NCBI GenBank assembly: GCA_018334055.1
Contig: JAGXSS010000108.1
Location: 834-64,833 of the forward strand
Source of the DNA: Peptococcaceae bacterium
Lineage (GTDB): Bacteria > Bacillota > UBA994
Direction of reading: 5' to 3'
DNA length: 64,000 nt
Shown here in pieces: positions 8,756-18,821 of the stretch (position 1 is the stretch's first letter; each line of letters opens with the position of its first letter). Position numbers and translations under genes: made by a program. Under the pieces are notes generated by a model. It did not search any database, was not told where the DNA came from, and saw only the letters and a program-made list of their open reading frames with translations.

Positions 8756-8822
8756 AGGCAGGAATACCTCCATAGGTGTCGAACTTTGTCACTGTATCGC
8801 TATGGAGGGAGGTTTTTGCCAG

Positions 8823-9179
8823 ATGACTTTGAATATCGTCGAATTGCTGCACCGCGGTCTTGATGCCGCGGCACTCCGCCAGCGCACCATTGCCAATAAC
8901 GTGGCAAATGCCAACACACCCGGCTTTAAACGCAGTTTTGTCACGTTCGAGGAGCATGTGCGGGACGCCATAGACCGGCGCAGCTTCTCGCCAGGTGCTA
9001 TGACCGCGCGCTTACAGCAGGATAGGGGCACTTCGATGCGTGAGGATGGCAACAATGTCAGCGTCGAGCACGAGATGGTGCTGATGGCGGCCAATACCGT
9101 ACAGTACCAAGCCTTGTCGCAGCAACTCAGCGAGCGGCTGTCGCTTTTGCGCTATGTCATTAACGAAGGGAGGCGCTGA
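8823..9179 (+). CDS. flgB: Flagellar basal-body rod protein FlgB
   Basis: ANNVANANTPGFKR rod motif. ATG at 8823 follows GGAGGGAGG. First gene of the long fla/che-type operon. Confidence 0.85.
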   Translation: MTLNIVELLHRGLDAAALRQRTIANNVANANTPGFKRSFVTFEEHVRDAIDRRSFSPGAMTARLQQDRGTSMREDGNNVSVEHEMVLMAANTVQYQALSQQLSERLSLLRYVINEGRR

Positions 9180-9181
9180 TT

Positions 9182-9622
9182 ATGCGGGTTTTTGCGGGCA
9201 TGGCCATCAGCGCGTCGGCCCTATCGGCCGAGAAATTACGCATTGACATGGTGGCTAAGAATGTCGCCAATATGAATACCACGCGCACGCCCGAAGGCGG
9301 GCCCTACCAAAGACGTAAGGTGGTATTTGCAGAGCTTATGGATGACGCCTCTCGCCAGCGTTTTGTGCGCCTACCCTCGCGCGGGGTGTCCAGGGGAGTG
9401 CGGGTGGCGGCTGTCGTCACCGACAACGCCCCGCCGCGCATGGTGCACGACCCTAGCCATCCCGATGCCAATGCGGAGGGCATGCTGGCTATGCCAGACA
9501 TAAACCTTGTCAACGAGATGGTCGACCTCATCACCGCTACCCGCGCCTATGAGACCAATGTGCAGGTGCTAAATGCCAGCAAGGCCATGCAGCTTAGGGC
9601 CTTAGAAATTGGGAGAGGGTAG
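9182..9622 (+). CDS. flgC: Flagellar basal-body rod protein FlgC
   Basis: KNVANMNTTRT...ETNVQVLNASKAMQLRALEI matches FlgC. Confidence 0.9.
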   Translation: MRVFAGMAISASALSAEKLRIDMVAKNVANMNTTRTPEGGPYQRRKVVFAELMDDASRQRFVRLPSRGVSRGVRVAAVVTDNAPPRMVHDPSHPDANAEGMLAMPDINLVNEMVDLITATRAYETNVQVLNASKAMQLRALEIGRG

Positions 9623-9631
9623 GTGCCTTAG

Positions 9632-9934
9632 ATGATAATGCCGATCAGCCCCTTGCTCCCCGTTACTGCCATTAGCCCCGTCAATCGGGTGGCGGCGACC
9701 ACTAAACAAGAGGGCGGCAACTTTGCGGCCGAGCTCAACAACGCTCTGGCCGAGGTCAACGCCCTTCAGGTTCGGGCTGATGACATGGCCACGAAGCTAG
9801 TGCTTGGGCAAATTGATGATGTCCATGAAGTGACCATCGCCATGGAGAAAGCGGCCCTGTCCTTGCAGCTGGCTGTCCAGGTGCGCAACAAAGTGGTCGA
9901 AGCCTACCAAGAAATCGCTCGCATGCAAATATAG
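9632..9934 (+). CDS. fliE: Flagellar hook-basal body protein FliE
   Basis: 100 aa. The C-terminus EKAALSLQLAVQVRNKVVEAYQEIARMQI is FliE-like. Gene order is flgB-flgC-fliE. Confidence 0.85.
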   Translation: MIMPISPLLPVTAISPVNRVAATTKQEGGNFAAELNNALAEVNALQVRADDMATKLVLGQIDDVHEVTIAMEKAALSLQLAVQVRNKVVEAYQEIARMQI

Positions 9935-9946
9935 GGGTGAGGCCTG

Positions 9947-11482
9947 ATGAGCATATTTTCTCAGACGGCAGGCTGGTGGGTGGAGCAGGACTCGCGCCGG
10001 CGCACCATGTGGTCTCTACTACTTGTCGCGGTGCTGGTCGCAACCGGTTCGGCCGCCTTCTACACCACCCGCGTCAATTTTGTGCCGCTGTTTACCGGGC
10101 TTGAGCCAGCGCAGGCGCATGCCATTGTCGGTTCGCTCAAAGAGCAGAATGTCGTCTACCAGCTTGGCGACGGGGGAACATCTGTCTTAGTGCCTGAAGC
10201 GCGTCTGCACGAACTCCGCATCATGGTGGCTGGCGAGGGCCTTTACAACACCGGGGTCGGGTTTGAGCTGTTTGATGAGGCCCGCCTCGGACTGACCGAT
10301 TTTGAGCGCCGCATTAACTACCAACGGGCGCTGCAAGAGGAACTGCGGCGTACCATCTCCGCCTATCCTGTGGTCGACCAGGTGCGTGTGCACCTAGTTA
10401 TCCCTGAGCGCAGCGTCTTTGTGCAACAGGCCGCCACGGCCAGCGCTTCCATTACCCTAAGGCTGCGTCCCTTTCAGAGCCTTTCTACGGAACAGGTGAA
10501 GGGCATGGTCTACCTCGTAGCCTTAAGCGTTCCGAATCTAAAGCGTGAAAATATCACCATCGTCGATGTGGGGGGCAGCATACTAACCGCTGGTCTGAAT
10601 TTAGGAGAGAATGCCGCCAACCCTACTCTGGCGCGGCAGGGCGAACTGCAACGAGGTTTTGAACGTGAGATCGAAGCGAGGTTGCTGGGCATGTTAGAGC
10701 GCCTCTACGGTCCTGGGCAGGCGGTCGTTGTCGTCACGGCAGAGCTAAACTTTAACCAGGAGAGTGTCACGCGCATTGTCTACGACGCAGCCGGACAGGT
10801 GGTGCGGAGTGAACAGATAGCCGAAGAAAACTTTACCGGTCCCGCGGGGCAGGCAGGCGGTGTGGCGGGTGCTGGCTCCAATGTACCGCTATATCCTACA
10901 GGAGAAGCCACCGAAGGTACGAGTACATATTCTAAAGTCGAGACCAACCGGCAATTCGAGATTGGCACAACCCAGACTACCACAGTCACTGCACCCGGGC
11001 AGGTTACACGCTTATCGGCCGCCGTCACCGTTAACGGTGAACTAAACGAAGCGCAGGTCAGCGAACTCAACCAGCTAGTGCGGGCCGCCCTTGGCTATGA
11101 GGAGGCGAGGGGTGACTCCATCCGCATCGCTGCTATGCCCTTCAGCCGCGTGCACATTGAGCAGGCGGAGCAGGAAATGGCGGAGCTAGCCCGTCAAGCA
11201 GAGGTGCGGCAGTATATAAATTGGGGCATCATGGGGGCGGGCGGCCTGCTAGGCTTTATTTTGCTCCTAGTTGTCATCGGTAAAATCAGACAGGCGACGC
11301 GCTTTGAAGTAGCCAAGACCCAGGCAGTAGATTTAGTTCCCCTAAAGGAGGCCCTAGCCCAGGCAGCCGCGGCGAAAAGCACGACTGAGAGTGACGAAGC
11401 CCTCAACCGGGTCAAAGAAATTGCCAGCAAGCAACCAGAAGAAGTAGCTCTCCTCATAAAAGCGTGGTTTAATGAAGGGTAG
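9947..11482 (+). CDS. fliF: Flagellar M-ring protein FliF
   Basis: 511 aa. N-terminal TM segment, then YQLGDGG...LVPEARLHELRIMVAGEGL, then a C-terminal TM segment. Confidence 0.9.
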   Translation: MSIFSQTAGWWVEQDSRRRTMWSLLLVAVLVATGSAAFYTTRVNFVPLFTGLEPAQAHAIVGSLKEQNVVYQLGDGGTSVLVPEARLHELRIMVAGEGLYNTGVGFELFDEARLGLTDFERRINYQRALQEELRRTISAYPVVDQVRVHLVIPERSVFVQQAATASASITLRLRPFQSLSTEQVKGMVYLVALSVPNLKRENITIVDVGGSILTAGLNLGENAANPTLARQGELQRGFEREIEARLLGMLERLYGPGQAVVVVTAELNFNQESVTRIVYDAAGQVVRSEQIAEENFTGPAGQAGGVAGAGSNVPLYPTGEATEGTSTYSKVETNRQFEIGTTQTTTVTAPGQVTRLSAAVTVNGELNEAQVSELNQLVRAALGYEEARGDSIRIAAMPFSRVHIEQAEQEMAELARQAEVRQYINWGIMGAGGLLGFILLLVVIGKIRQATRFEVAKTQAVDLVPLKEALAQAAAAKSTTESDEALNRVKEIASKQPEEVALLIKAWFNEG

Positions 11483-11493
11483 GGAAGATTTTC

Positions 11494-12504
11494 TTGCCAA
11501 AGGAAAGACGCACCAGCGGCCTCAAAAAAATTGCCGCGCTCCTCATCTCTTTGGGACCAGAGGCGTCAGCGCGCGTGCTCAAGCTCTTGCCGGATGCAGA
11601 TATTGAGCTCATTGCCGCAGAGGTGGCCAATACCAGCCATGTTGAGCCAGAGTTTAGGGCCAAGATATTGGATGAGTTCATGGAGACGCATAATGCGCAC
11701 AGCTACCTTTTGGAGGGTGGGGTCGGCTATGCGCGGGCCATGCTCGACAGTGCGCTAGGCGTCGCTAAGTCTACCGAAATTATGCGTCGCCTATCGCAGT
11801 CGACTGCTCTTCGGCCCTTTGCTTTTGCGCGTAAAATAGATCCGAAACAGCTTGGTGGGGCGATATCCGAAGAACACCCCCAAACCATAGCCTTGGTCAT
11901 GGCCTACTTGGCACCTGAACAATCCTCGGTCATTATGTCCATGCTTCCCCCCGAGGTGAGGGCAGATGTTGCCAAGCGCATTGCCACCATGGAGAGAGTC
12001 TCCCCTGAGGTCGTTAACGAGCTTGAAACCGTCCTTTCGGGCAAATTTTCTGTTTTTTCCCAGCAAGATTTCTTTGTGGCAGGTGGTATGAAGGCTCTCG
12101 TGAACATTCTCAACCGGGTCGATCGAGCTTCGGAAAAAATGATATTTGAGTACTTGGAACGCGAAGACCCCGCCTTAGCCGAAGAAATACGCAAGCGACT
12201 CTTTGTCTTTGAGGATATTGTCTTGCTTGATGACAGCGCTATCCAAAGGGTCATCCGCGATATAGATAACCGCGAGCTGGCGATGGCCTTAAAGGGCGGT
12301 GGGGGCGAAGTTACCCAGCGCATTTTCAAGAACATGTCCAAGCGCGCCGCGGATATGCTGCGCGAAGACCTTGACTTCCTCGGACCGATACGCCTGCGCG
12401 ATGTCGAAGAGGCCCAGGCGCGCATAGTGGCCGTTATACGCAAGCTGGACGAAGCAGGAGAAATAGTCATTGCCCGAGGTGGAGAAGATGCCATTATTGC
12501 TTAA
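11494..12504 (+). CDS. fliG: Flagellar motor switch protein FliG
   Basis: 336 aa. AALLISLGPE...EIRKRLFVFEDIVLLDD...MLREDLDFLGPIRLRDVEEAQ matches FliG. Confidence 0.95.
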   Translation: MPKERRTSGLKKIAALLISLGPEASARVLKLLPDADIELIAAEVANTSHVEPEFRAKILDEFMETHNAHSYLLEGGVGYARAMLDSALGVAKSTEIMRRLSQSTALRPFAFARKIDPKQLGGAISEEHPQTIALVMAYLAPEQSSVIMSMLPPEVRADVAKRIATMERVSPEVVNELETVLSGKFSVFSQQDFFVAGGMKALVNILNRVDRASEKMIFEYLEREDPALAEEIRKRLFVFEDIVLLDDSAIQRVIRDIDNRELAMALKGGGGEVTQRIFKNMSKRAADMLREDLDFLGPIRLRDVEEAQARIVAVIRKLDEAGEIVIARGGEDAIIA

Positions 12505-13192
12505 GAATGCGGTGGTGCAAGGACATGGATCGCGCACCATTCCGGTTAACCAAGTGACTGTGCCCTGTGTTTTGCCCGCTACCGAAGACAGCGGTGCCCA
12601 GGAGGCGTGGATAGCTGAGCGCCTAAGATCCGGCCGCGAGGAGTGGCACCGTGAAGCCTCGGAGTGGCTCGCAGCTCACAAAGAAGAGCTTCGGGCCGTG
12701 ATCGAAGCCGAGGGATTGCGCCGCTATGAGGCAGCTAGGAACGAGGGCTACCATGACGGTTGGAACTTAGCGCAAACCGAGGCGGAGGCGCTCATGCAAG
12801 ACGTACGGCACAGCTATAGGCTGCTTGAAGCTGACCGCAAAGCGTTTGTAGCAGGCTGCCAACAGGACATCAGTCAGCTGGTGGTCACTGTGGTTGAGCA
12901 TGTGCTGCGGCAGGAATTGACTGTGGCGGCAGAAACTTTGTCGCAGGTCATTGCCAAAGCAAGCGGGGAATTGGTCGATAGACGGCAGGTGATGATATTT
13001 GTTCACCCCAGTCGATTGGACGATGTGCAAACGCTATTAATTGCGACGCCCGCGACCCTTGGCATGCAGCCTTACCTTGTCCGTCCTGACCCTAGCTTGC
13101 ATGTGGCTTCATTTCGCGCCGAGGACGATTTAGGCACAGTAACTGTTGACCTGCCTGAACTCCTGCTCCAGCTCGAGCAATTGCTGCCATGA
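12470..13192 (+). CDS. fliH: Flagellar assembly protein FliH
   Basis: Sits between fliG and fliI. Has the FliH/YscL-type C-terminal domain. The start may instead be the ATG at 12488. Confidence 0.75.
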   Translation: MPEVEKMPLLLKNAVVQGHGSRTIPVNQVTVPCVLPATEDSGAQEAWIAERLRSGREEWHREASEWLAAHKEELRAVIEAEGLRRYEAARNEGYHDGWNLAQTEAEALMQDVRHSYRLLEADRKAFVAGCQQDISQLVVTVVEHVLRQELTVAAETLSQVIAKASGELVDRRQVMIFVHPSRLDDVQTLLIATPATLGMQPYLVRPDPSLHVASFRAEDDLGTVTVDLPELLLQLEQLLP

Positions 13193-14502
13193 CAATCTAT
13201 TCTTATGATTTCACGGGGGTCGGTGCGCGCGCCAAGGAAAAGGTTAATTGGCGCTCCTGCGGCAGGGTGACCGAGGTCATCGGACTCACGGTCGAGGCGA
13301 GGGGTTTTCGGGCTTCAATTGGCGAGCTGTGCCGCATCGGCCAGGGTGAGCAAAGCGTCCTGGCCGAAGTCGTTGGTTTTAGCGGAGATAAGCTTTTCCT
13401 CTTTCCTTTTCGGTCCCTGCATGGTATAGCCCCGGGGAGCGTAGTCCAGCCACTGCGGCAGAGGCTCATGGTGCACTGCGGTGACCACTTGCTCGGGCAG
13501 GTGCTTGACGGACTGGGCCGGCCACTTTTGGGGGGCGACGCTCCGGTCGGCCACCCCTATCCTCTAGACCAGACCCCACCAAACCCCTTGGTGCGGACGA
13601 GGGTTGATTCCATTATTGAAACTGGTGTAAAGGCCATCGACCTATTTCTCACCGCGGGCAATGGGCAGCGCCTCGGCATTTTCGCCGGCAGTGGGGTAGG
13701 CAAGAGCACCTTGCTTGGCATGATTGCGCGCGGTAGCACCGCAGATTGCAATGTCATCGCCTTAGTTGGGGAGCGCGGTCGTGAAGTGCGCGACTTTCTG
13801 GAGCGAGATCTCGGTCCCGAGGGCCTCAAGCGCTCGGTGGTGGTGGCGGCTACATCTGACCAATCGGCCCTCATGCGCATCAAATCCGCGCTCACGGCCA
13901 CGGCGATCGCTGAATTTTTTCGCGACCAGGGGAAAAATGTCCTGCTCCTAATGGATTCTGTGACCCGTTTTGCCATGTCGCAACGGGAAGTTGGTCTGGC
14001 GATTGGCGAACCCCCCACGACTAGGGGATACCCACCTTCGGTGTTTGCCCTCCTCCCCAAACTCTTAGAGCGCTCCGGTACTGGGGAGAGGGGTTCAATA
14101 ACCGCTCTCTACACCGTCCTCGTGGAGGGAGATGACCTCAATGAGCCCATTGCTGACACGGTACGCGGCATTCTCGATGGCCACATTGTGCTTTCGCGCA
14201 AATTGGCAGAGCGCAACCACTATCCCTCTGTTGATGTCTTGCAGAGCGTGAGCCGCTTAGCGACCGATTTAGCGAACCCAGAGCATCTGAGTATCGCTTC
14301 GCAGTGCCGCACTTTGTTAGCTGTTTACCGCCAAAACGAAGATCTCATTAATATTGGGGCCTATATCAAAGCCTCGAGCCGGGAGATTGACGAGGCGATC
14401 GCGAAAGTGCCGCAGATTATGGAAGTTTTGGCGCAGGGTGTCGAGGAGCGTTACCCCTTGGAAGTGGCTTTAGAAAAACTAAAAATTGCCCTAGCGAGGT
14501 GA
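13189..14502 (+). CDS. fliI: Flagellum-specific ATP synthase FliI
   Basis: Walker A GSGVGKST, plus LLLMDSVTRFAMSQREVGLAIGEPP as in T3SS ATPases. Confidence 0.95.
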   Translation: MTIYSYDFTGVGARAKEKVNWRSCGRVTEVIGLTVEARGFRASIGELCRIGQGEQSVLAEVVGFSGDKLFLFPFRSLHGIAPGSVVQPLRQRLMVHCGDHLLGQVLDGLGRPLLGGDAPVGHPYPLDQTPPNPLVRTRVDSIIETGVKAIDLFLTAGNGQRLGIFAGSGVGKSTLLGMIARGSTADCNVIALVGERGREVRDFLERDLGPEGLKRSVVVAATSDQSALMRIKSALTATAIAEFFRDQGKNVLLLMDSVTRFAMSQREVGLAIGEPPTTRGYPPSVFALLPKLLERSGTGERGSITALYTVLVEGDDLNEPIADTVRGILDGHIVLSRKLAERNHYPSVDVLQSVSRLATDLANPEHLSIASQCRTLLAVYRQNEDLINIGAYIKASSREIDEAIAKVPQIMEVLAQGVEERYPLEVALEKLKIALAR

Positions 14503-14506
14503 GGAC

Positions 14507-14938
14507 ATGAAGAAACATTATACTTTGCAGCAAGTGCTGGAGCTAAAGAAACAGTTAGAAAGACAGCAAATGCTCGTCTTGGCCAGGGCCGAACAAACGA
14601 GGCAGGAACAGGCCGAGCATATTCAGGCCTTAGTTCTGGGTTTTGAAGAACAAGTGGAAGTTTGTGTCGCGCCGGAGTTTATAGATTGTCGGAGCATGTA
14701 TTTAGAGTGCCAACACCTCGAGTTGCAGTTCGCGCAAGGACAGTTGTCCGAAATGGTGGCCGACTGTGATGTGGCTAGGCAGGACCTTATCTACGCTGCG
14801 CTGGAGCGCCGCAAATTAGAGCTGCACCGTGACTCCTGCGAGGCTGCCTGGAGTTATATATGGCAGCGTAAGGAGCAATCCCACTCCGATGAAGTTGCGG
14901 CTCTGATGTACAATAGGCCAAGGGCTCTGACGCGATGA
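14507..14938 (+). CDS. fliJ: Flagellar export protein FliJ
   Basis: 143 aa coiled-coil protein directly after fliI. Confidence 0.7.
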   Translation: MKKHYTLQQVLELKKQLERQQMLVLARAEQTRQEQAEHIQALVLGFEEQVEVCVAPEFIDCRSMYLECQHLELQFAQGQLSEMVADCDVARQDLIYAALERRKLELHRDSCEAAWSYIWQRKEQSHSDEVAALMYNRPRALTR

Positions 14939-16335
14939 AAGTAGAGCATCTCAAGTTGCCGGTGGGTTTTACCTCTGCTGCCAAAAAAACCGGGGAAAAA
15001 GGCGCCGAGGAGGGGTCATTTTCCGGCGTATTAAGCCAAGTGTTAGGCAATATCGAAAAAATAGATTTAGGCATTGTCCAGGCGTCGTGCCCGGAGGAAG
15101 TCCCTGCTGAAGAGTCAAGGGTGCAGGTTCAGCCAGGACAAACGCTATCGCAGCTAGCCTTCTCGTTGGCGGCGCTCCTTCCCCTAAGCAATGGGGGAGA
15201 GAATACGGTCGTGGCGGAGACTGAGGTGTCAAAGACTTTTTTAGGCCGTGGCGTAGAAAATATTAGCTTACCGTCGACCGGCAATAGCCAGCCACCTAGT
15301 ATACCTGTGCCAAGTTCTGCGGAAAGAGGGATTGCCGAATCAACGCCGACACTTGACCATGCCATGGAAAGTGGCATAAAAAATGCCGAGCCACACTTGA
15401 GCGGCAATAGCCCAACGCCCGCCATACCCGTGCTTATTGCTACAGAAAGTAAGCTTGACGTATCAACGCCGACACCCGGCCGTGGCGTAGAAAGCGGGTC
15501 TGTGAGTCCGCGCGCAGAAGGTGGCGCGATTGTGCCAAACCCGGCTATTACTGAGCCGAACTATCCAGCGATAACCTCGACCCCGATTATACCAACCAAC
15601 AGCGTACGGACGCCAGCGGAAGCTGCCAGCGTTGGGGAATCCGGCGGTTTGGAAAGTCTGTTGAGGGCGGGGCGTAGTGGTGCGGTAGTTCCGGTTAATA
15701 AAGAAAACACTTCGTCCACGATGAACACTCTAGCGGAGTCCGTCAAGCCTTCAGACATTGCCAAGATGACCGTCTCCATACGACCCCTGGTAACTGCCCA
15801 AGAACAGAGTAGGCCGGCTCTACATTCCCCAAGGCCGGCGCAAGCAATACCGGATATCTATACTCCACCGGTGGTTACCGACACGGCAGCGGCAAGAGGC
15901 GCGGAAGCAGAGAGTGAGCCTGCTCGACCAACCGCGGTGGCAGCAGAGTCTTTCGCGAGAACGCCTGTGGTTGCCCCCAGTGTGTCGCCCACCTTCATTA
16001 GGGAATTGAACGCGGAGATTATCGCCTTTGCGGTGCGCCCTACTCGCTCTGCTCTGACGCTCGAGGTTACTCCGCGGGAATATGGCCGGGTGATAGTGAG
16101 TGCGGAAATGGAACAAGGTGTAGCCATTGTCCGTTTGGTCACAGAGACTGTAGCGGCCAAAGTTGCTCTGTTAGAACATCTGCCAAAACCCACCGCCACC
16201 CTAGAGGTGAGAGTGTATACTGCCGATGAGTATAAGGAATGGGCAGAGGACCCTCGTCATGGTCGGCCTAAGGGTGACGGAGCAGAGCATAGACCGCCGC
16301 GCAAGAAAGAGCCCTATGTTGAGTTTAAGGTATAG
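14935..16335 (+). CDS. fliK: Flagellar hook-length control protein FliK
   Basis: The C-terminal Flg_hook-like domain (LTLEVTPREYGRVIVSAEMEQGVAIVRLVTETVAAKVAL) follows a Pro/Ser/Thr-rich low-complexity centre. Lies between fliJ and flgD. Confidence 0.7.
   Translation: MKVEHLKLPVGFTSAAKKTGEKGAEEGSFSGVLSQVLGNIEKIDLGIVQASCPEEVPAEESRVQVQPGQTLSQLAFSLAALLPLSNGGENTVVAETEVSKTFLGRGVENISLPSTGNSQPPSIPVPSSAERGIAESTPTLDHAMESGIKNAEPHLSGNSPTPAIPVLIATESKLDVSTPTPGRGVESGSVSPRAEGGAIVPNPAITEPNYPAITSTPIIPTNSVRTPAEAASVGESGGLESLLRAGRSGAVVPVNKENTSSTMNTLAESVKPSDIAKMTVSIRPLVTAQEQSRPALHSPRPAQAIPDIYTPPVVTDTAAARGAEAESEPARPTAVAAESFARTPVVAPSVSPTFIRELNAEIIAFAVRPTRSALTLEVTPREYGRVIVSAEMEQGVAIVRLVTETVAAKVALLEHLPKPTATLEVRVYTADEYKEWAEDPRHGRPKGDGAEHRPPRKKEPYVEFKV
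15244..15494 (+). repeat. Imperfect two-copy tandem repeat (~123-bp unit, ~41 aa) inside fliK
   Basis: cggcaatagcc at 15279 and 15402. atacc(t/c)gtgc at 15301 and 15425. tcaacgccgacac at 15341 and 15463. ggccgtggcgtagaaa at 15244 and 15478. Confidence 0.7.
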
Positions 16336-16346
16336 GAGGTTAGGCA

Positions 16347-16757
16347 ATGAAAGTCGAAGCAGTGGGACAGAGCGAAGTGGTTCGCGCGGCGGCAAATTTG
16401 CGCCCGGGAGGAGAGCTGGGCAAAGATGCTTTCTTAAAGATATTGCTCGCCCAAATTAAAAATCAAGATCCTTTAAAACCGACCGACAGCACCGCGATGG
16501 TAGCGCAACTGGCGCAATTTAGCACTTTGGAACAGCTGCAGAATCTGAATACTCAGATGGAGCAACTAGTAGAAAGTCAGTTGCTCGGCGATTTCAGTGC
16601 GCTCATCGGCAAGGCTGTTACCTTCCTTGGGGAAGACGGCGAACAAAAGAAGGGCCATGCAGAATCGCTCCTGTGGCGGGGCCGCCAGAGCCTGTTGCGC
16701 GTCAATGGCGAGTTGGTGCCTCTAAACAGACTGCTCGAAATAGGGGAGGGATTGTAG
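16347..16757 (+). CDS. flgD: Flagellar hook capping/assembly protein FlgD
   Basis: LGKDAFLKILLAQIKNQDPLKPTDSTAMVAQLAQFSTLEQL is an FlgD signature. Confidence 0.85.
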   Translation: MKVEAVGQSEVVRAAANLRPGGELGKDAFLKILLAQIKNQDPLKPTDSTAMVAQLAQFSTLEQLQNLNTQMEQLVESQLLGDFSALIGKAVTFLGEDGEQKKGHAESLLWRGRQSLLRVNGELVPLNRLLEIGEGL

Positions 16758-16758
16758 G

Positions 16759-18009
16759 ATGCTGAGGTCATTGTTTGCCGCTATTTCCGGCATGAGGGGA
16801 CAGCAAACCAAGCTTGATGCCATTGGCAATAATATTGCCAATGCCAGTACCACGGGCTTCAAGGTCAGCAGAGTGCGTTTTCAGGACATGCTCAGTCAGA
16901 CCATTAGGGTGGCGAGTGGCCCCACCCGCGGTAGGGCTGGGACAAACCCATCGCAAGTGGGCTTGGGCATGTCGGTGGCAGGGATAGATACCTTGCACAC
17001 CCAGGGAGCACTGCAGGCCACGGGGCGTTTGACGGACCTGGCTATTCAGGGAAGCGGCTTCTTCGTCATGTCGGATGGTCAACGCAATTTGTTCACGCGT
17101 GATGGGGCTTTTTCTATCTCGAAGGACAATGAGCTGGTCAACACATCTACGGGGATGAAGGTGCTCGGGTGGCCGATTGATGCTACCGGGAGCATCAATA
17201 CCCAAGGTGCGGTTGCGCCTCTAACCATTCCCTTAGGGGAGCAGGTCTTAACTCAACCCACCACCTTGGTAGACTTTACGGGCAACCTGTCTAACGAAGC
17301 GGCTGGTGCAGCCACCCACAGCACCACCGCCACCATTTACGATTCTAAAGGCTCGGCCCATGATGTGCGCATTACTTTTACCCGGGTCGCGGCTTCTAAC
17401 TCATGGACATACACAGTGGCTTTTCCGACGGGTTTTACTCCTCCTGCCGGCATGGCTTTCGTGGGGACGCCAACCGGAACGATTAATTTTGACACCTCCG
17501 GTCGCGTCACCGGCACGACGCCGGCGGTGGCGAGCGTCACCCTAAGCATTCCCCAGGCAGAGAATATTGTCTTTAACATGAATTTTTCTGCCATGAGCAT
17601 GGTGGCGGGGGATAGTACAGGCTTGGTTAGGTCACAAAACGGTTCTTTCCCGGGAGAGCTCGCAACTTTTAGCATCGGCAAGAACGGCATCATCACCGGC
17701 ACCTACACCAATGGTACCGTGCGCGATATCGGTCAACTAGCCATCGCCCATTTTGCTTCTCCGGATGGTTTGCTCAAGGTCGGAGGCAGTCTTTACGAAG
17801 AATCTTCAAGTTCGGGTGGCGCCATTGTGGGCGAAGCGGGTGTCGACGGGCGTGGCACGGTCGAAACGGGAACGCTCGAGATGTCCAATGTCGATTTGGC
17901 TTCCGAATTCACCGAAATGATCACCACCAGCCGCGCTTTTCAAGCCAATTCACGCGTCGTCACGACCTCTGACGAGATGCTCCAGGAACTCATCCAACTC
18001 AAACGTTAG
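16759..18009 (+). CDS. flgE: Flagellar hook protein FlgE
   Basis: MLRSLFAAISGMRGQQTKLDAIGNNIANASTTGFK, with C-terminus VDLASEFTEMITTSRAFQANSRVVTTSDEMLQEL. Confidence 0.9.
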   Translation: MLRSLFAAISGMRGQQTKLDAIGNNIANASTTGFKVSRVRFQDMLSQTIRVASGPTRGRAGTNPSQVGLGMSVAGIDTLHTQGALQATGRLTDLAIQGSGFFVMSDGQRNLFTRDGAFSISKDNELVNTSTGMKVLGWPIDATGSINTQGAVAPLTIPLGEQVLTQPTTLVDFTGNLSNEAAGAATHSTTATIYDSKGSAHDVRITFTRVAASNSWTYTVAFPTGFTPPAGMAFVGTPTGTINFDTSGRVTGTTPAVASVTLSIPQAENIVFNMNFSAMSMVAGDSTGLVRSQNGSFPGELATFSIGKNGIITGTYTNGTVRDIGQLAIAHFASPDGLLKVGGSLYEESSSSGGAIVGEAGVDGRGTVETGTLEMSNVDLASEFTEMITTSRAFQANSRVVTTSDEMLQELIQLKR

Positions 18010-18026
18010 AATGTGAGGTGTAAAGA

Positions 18027-18821
18027 ATGCAGAAATCGGGCCTTGTAACTAACATAGGCATACTTGCCGGTGTGGTGGCCATCATGGCTGCGATTATCAT
18101 GGGCGGAAACCCGACGCAGTTCATTGATATCCCCTCGGTGCTTATCACCATCATCGGCTCGTTTTCTGCGCTCCTCATCAACTATTCTTGGGATGATGTG
18201 GTGACTTCTTTTCATGAGATGAGGCGCCTATTCCGCGAGAAGAGCCCTGACCCCGCAGCCACCATCGAGCAGTTCACTGCTTTGGCCACCCGCGCTAGGC
18301 GGGAGGGCCTGCTCGTACTGGAGGACGAAACCCCTAAGCTTGACCCTTTTTTAGGCAAGGGCTTGCAGATGGTCATTGATGGCATGGATAGCAGTGTGGT
18401 CACCAGTGTGCTCGAGATCGAAATGTCTCAGATGGAAGCGCGCCATGCTACGGCAGCCGGCATGCTCGGTACTTGGGCGAACCTCGCCCCGGGGTTTGGC
18501 ATGATAGGCACCTTGATCGGTCTTATTCAAATGCTCGGCGCGCTCGATGACCCTGATGCCATCGGTCCGGCTATGGCGGTGGCTCTGATCACTACCATGT
18601 ATGGGGCGATTATGGCTAATTTCGTTTTTACGCCATTGTCTGGGAAAGTCACGGTGAAGAGCAAACAAGTGATGCTGTATCGAGAAATGATCTTAGAGGG
18701 GCTGGCCTCACTCCAAGCCGGCGTCAATCCCCGTGTCATTGAGCAGCGGCTGCGCTCCTTCGTGGCCCCAGCCAGTAAGTCCGGAAAAATAAGAGCGCAG
18801 AAGGAGGCCGCCGATGACTAG
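18027..18821 (+). CDS. motA: Flagellar motor stator protein MotA
   Basis: Four TM segments and the conserved MotA/TolQ/ExbB C-terminal region (AMAVALITTMYGAIMANFVFTPL). Confidence 0.9.
   Translation: MQKSGLVTNIGILAGVVAIMAAIIMGGNPTQFIDIPSVLITIIGSFSALLINYSWDDVVTSFHEMRRLFREKSPDPAATIEQFTALATRARREGLLVLEDETPKLDPFLGKGLQMVIDGMDSSVVTSVLEIEMSQMEARHATAAGMLGTWANLAPGFGMIGTLIGLIQMLGALDDPDAIGPAMAVALITTMYGAIMANFVFTPLSGKVTVKSKQVMLYREMILEGLASLQAGVNPRVIEQRLRSFVAPASKSGKIRAQKEAADD

Noticed and set aside
8756-8822. Sigma-A or sigma-28 promoter for the flgB operon in the flaG-flgB spacer
   Set aside because: TTGTCA is present (about 8786-8791) but there is no acceptable -10 at 16-18 nt spacing. I could not find a TAAA-N15-GCCGATAT match either. 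A promoter is expected here from operon logic, but the sequence does not support calling one.
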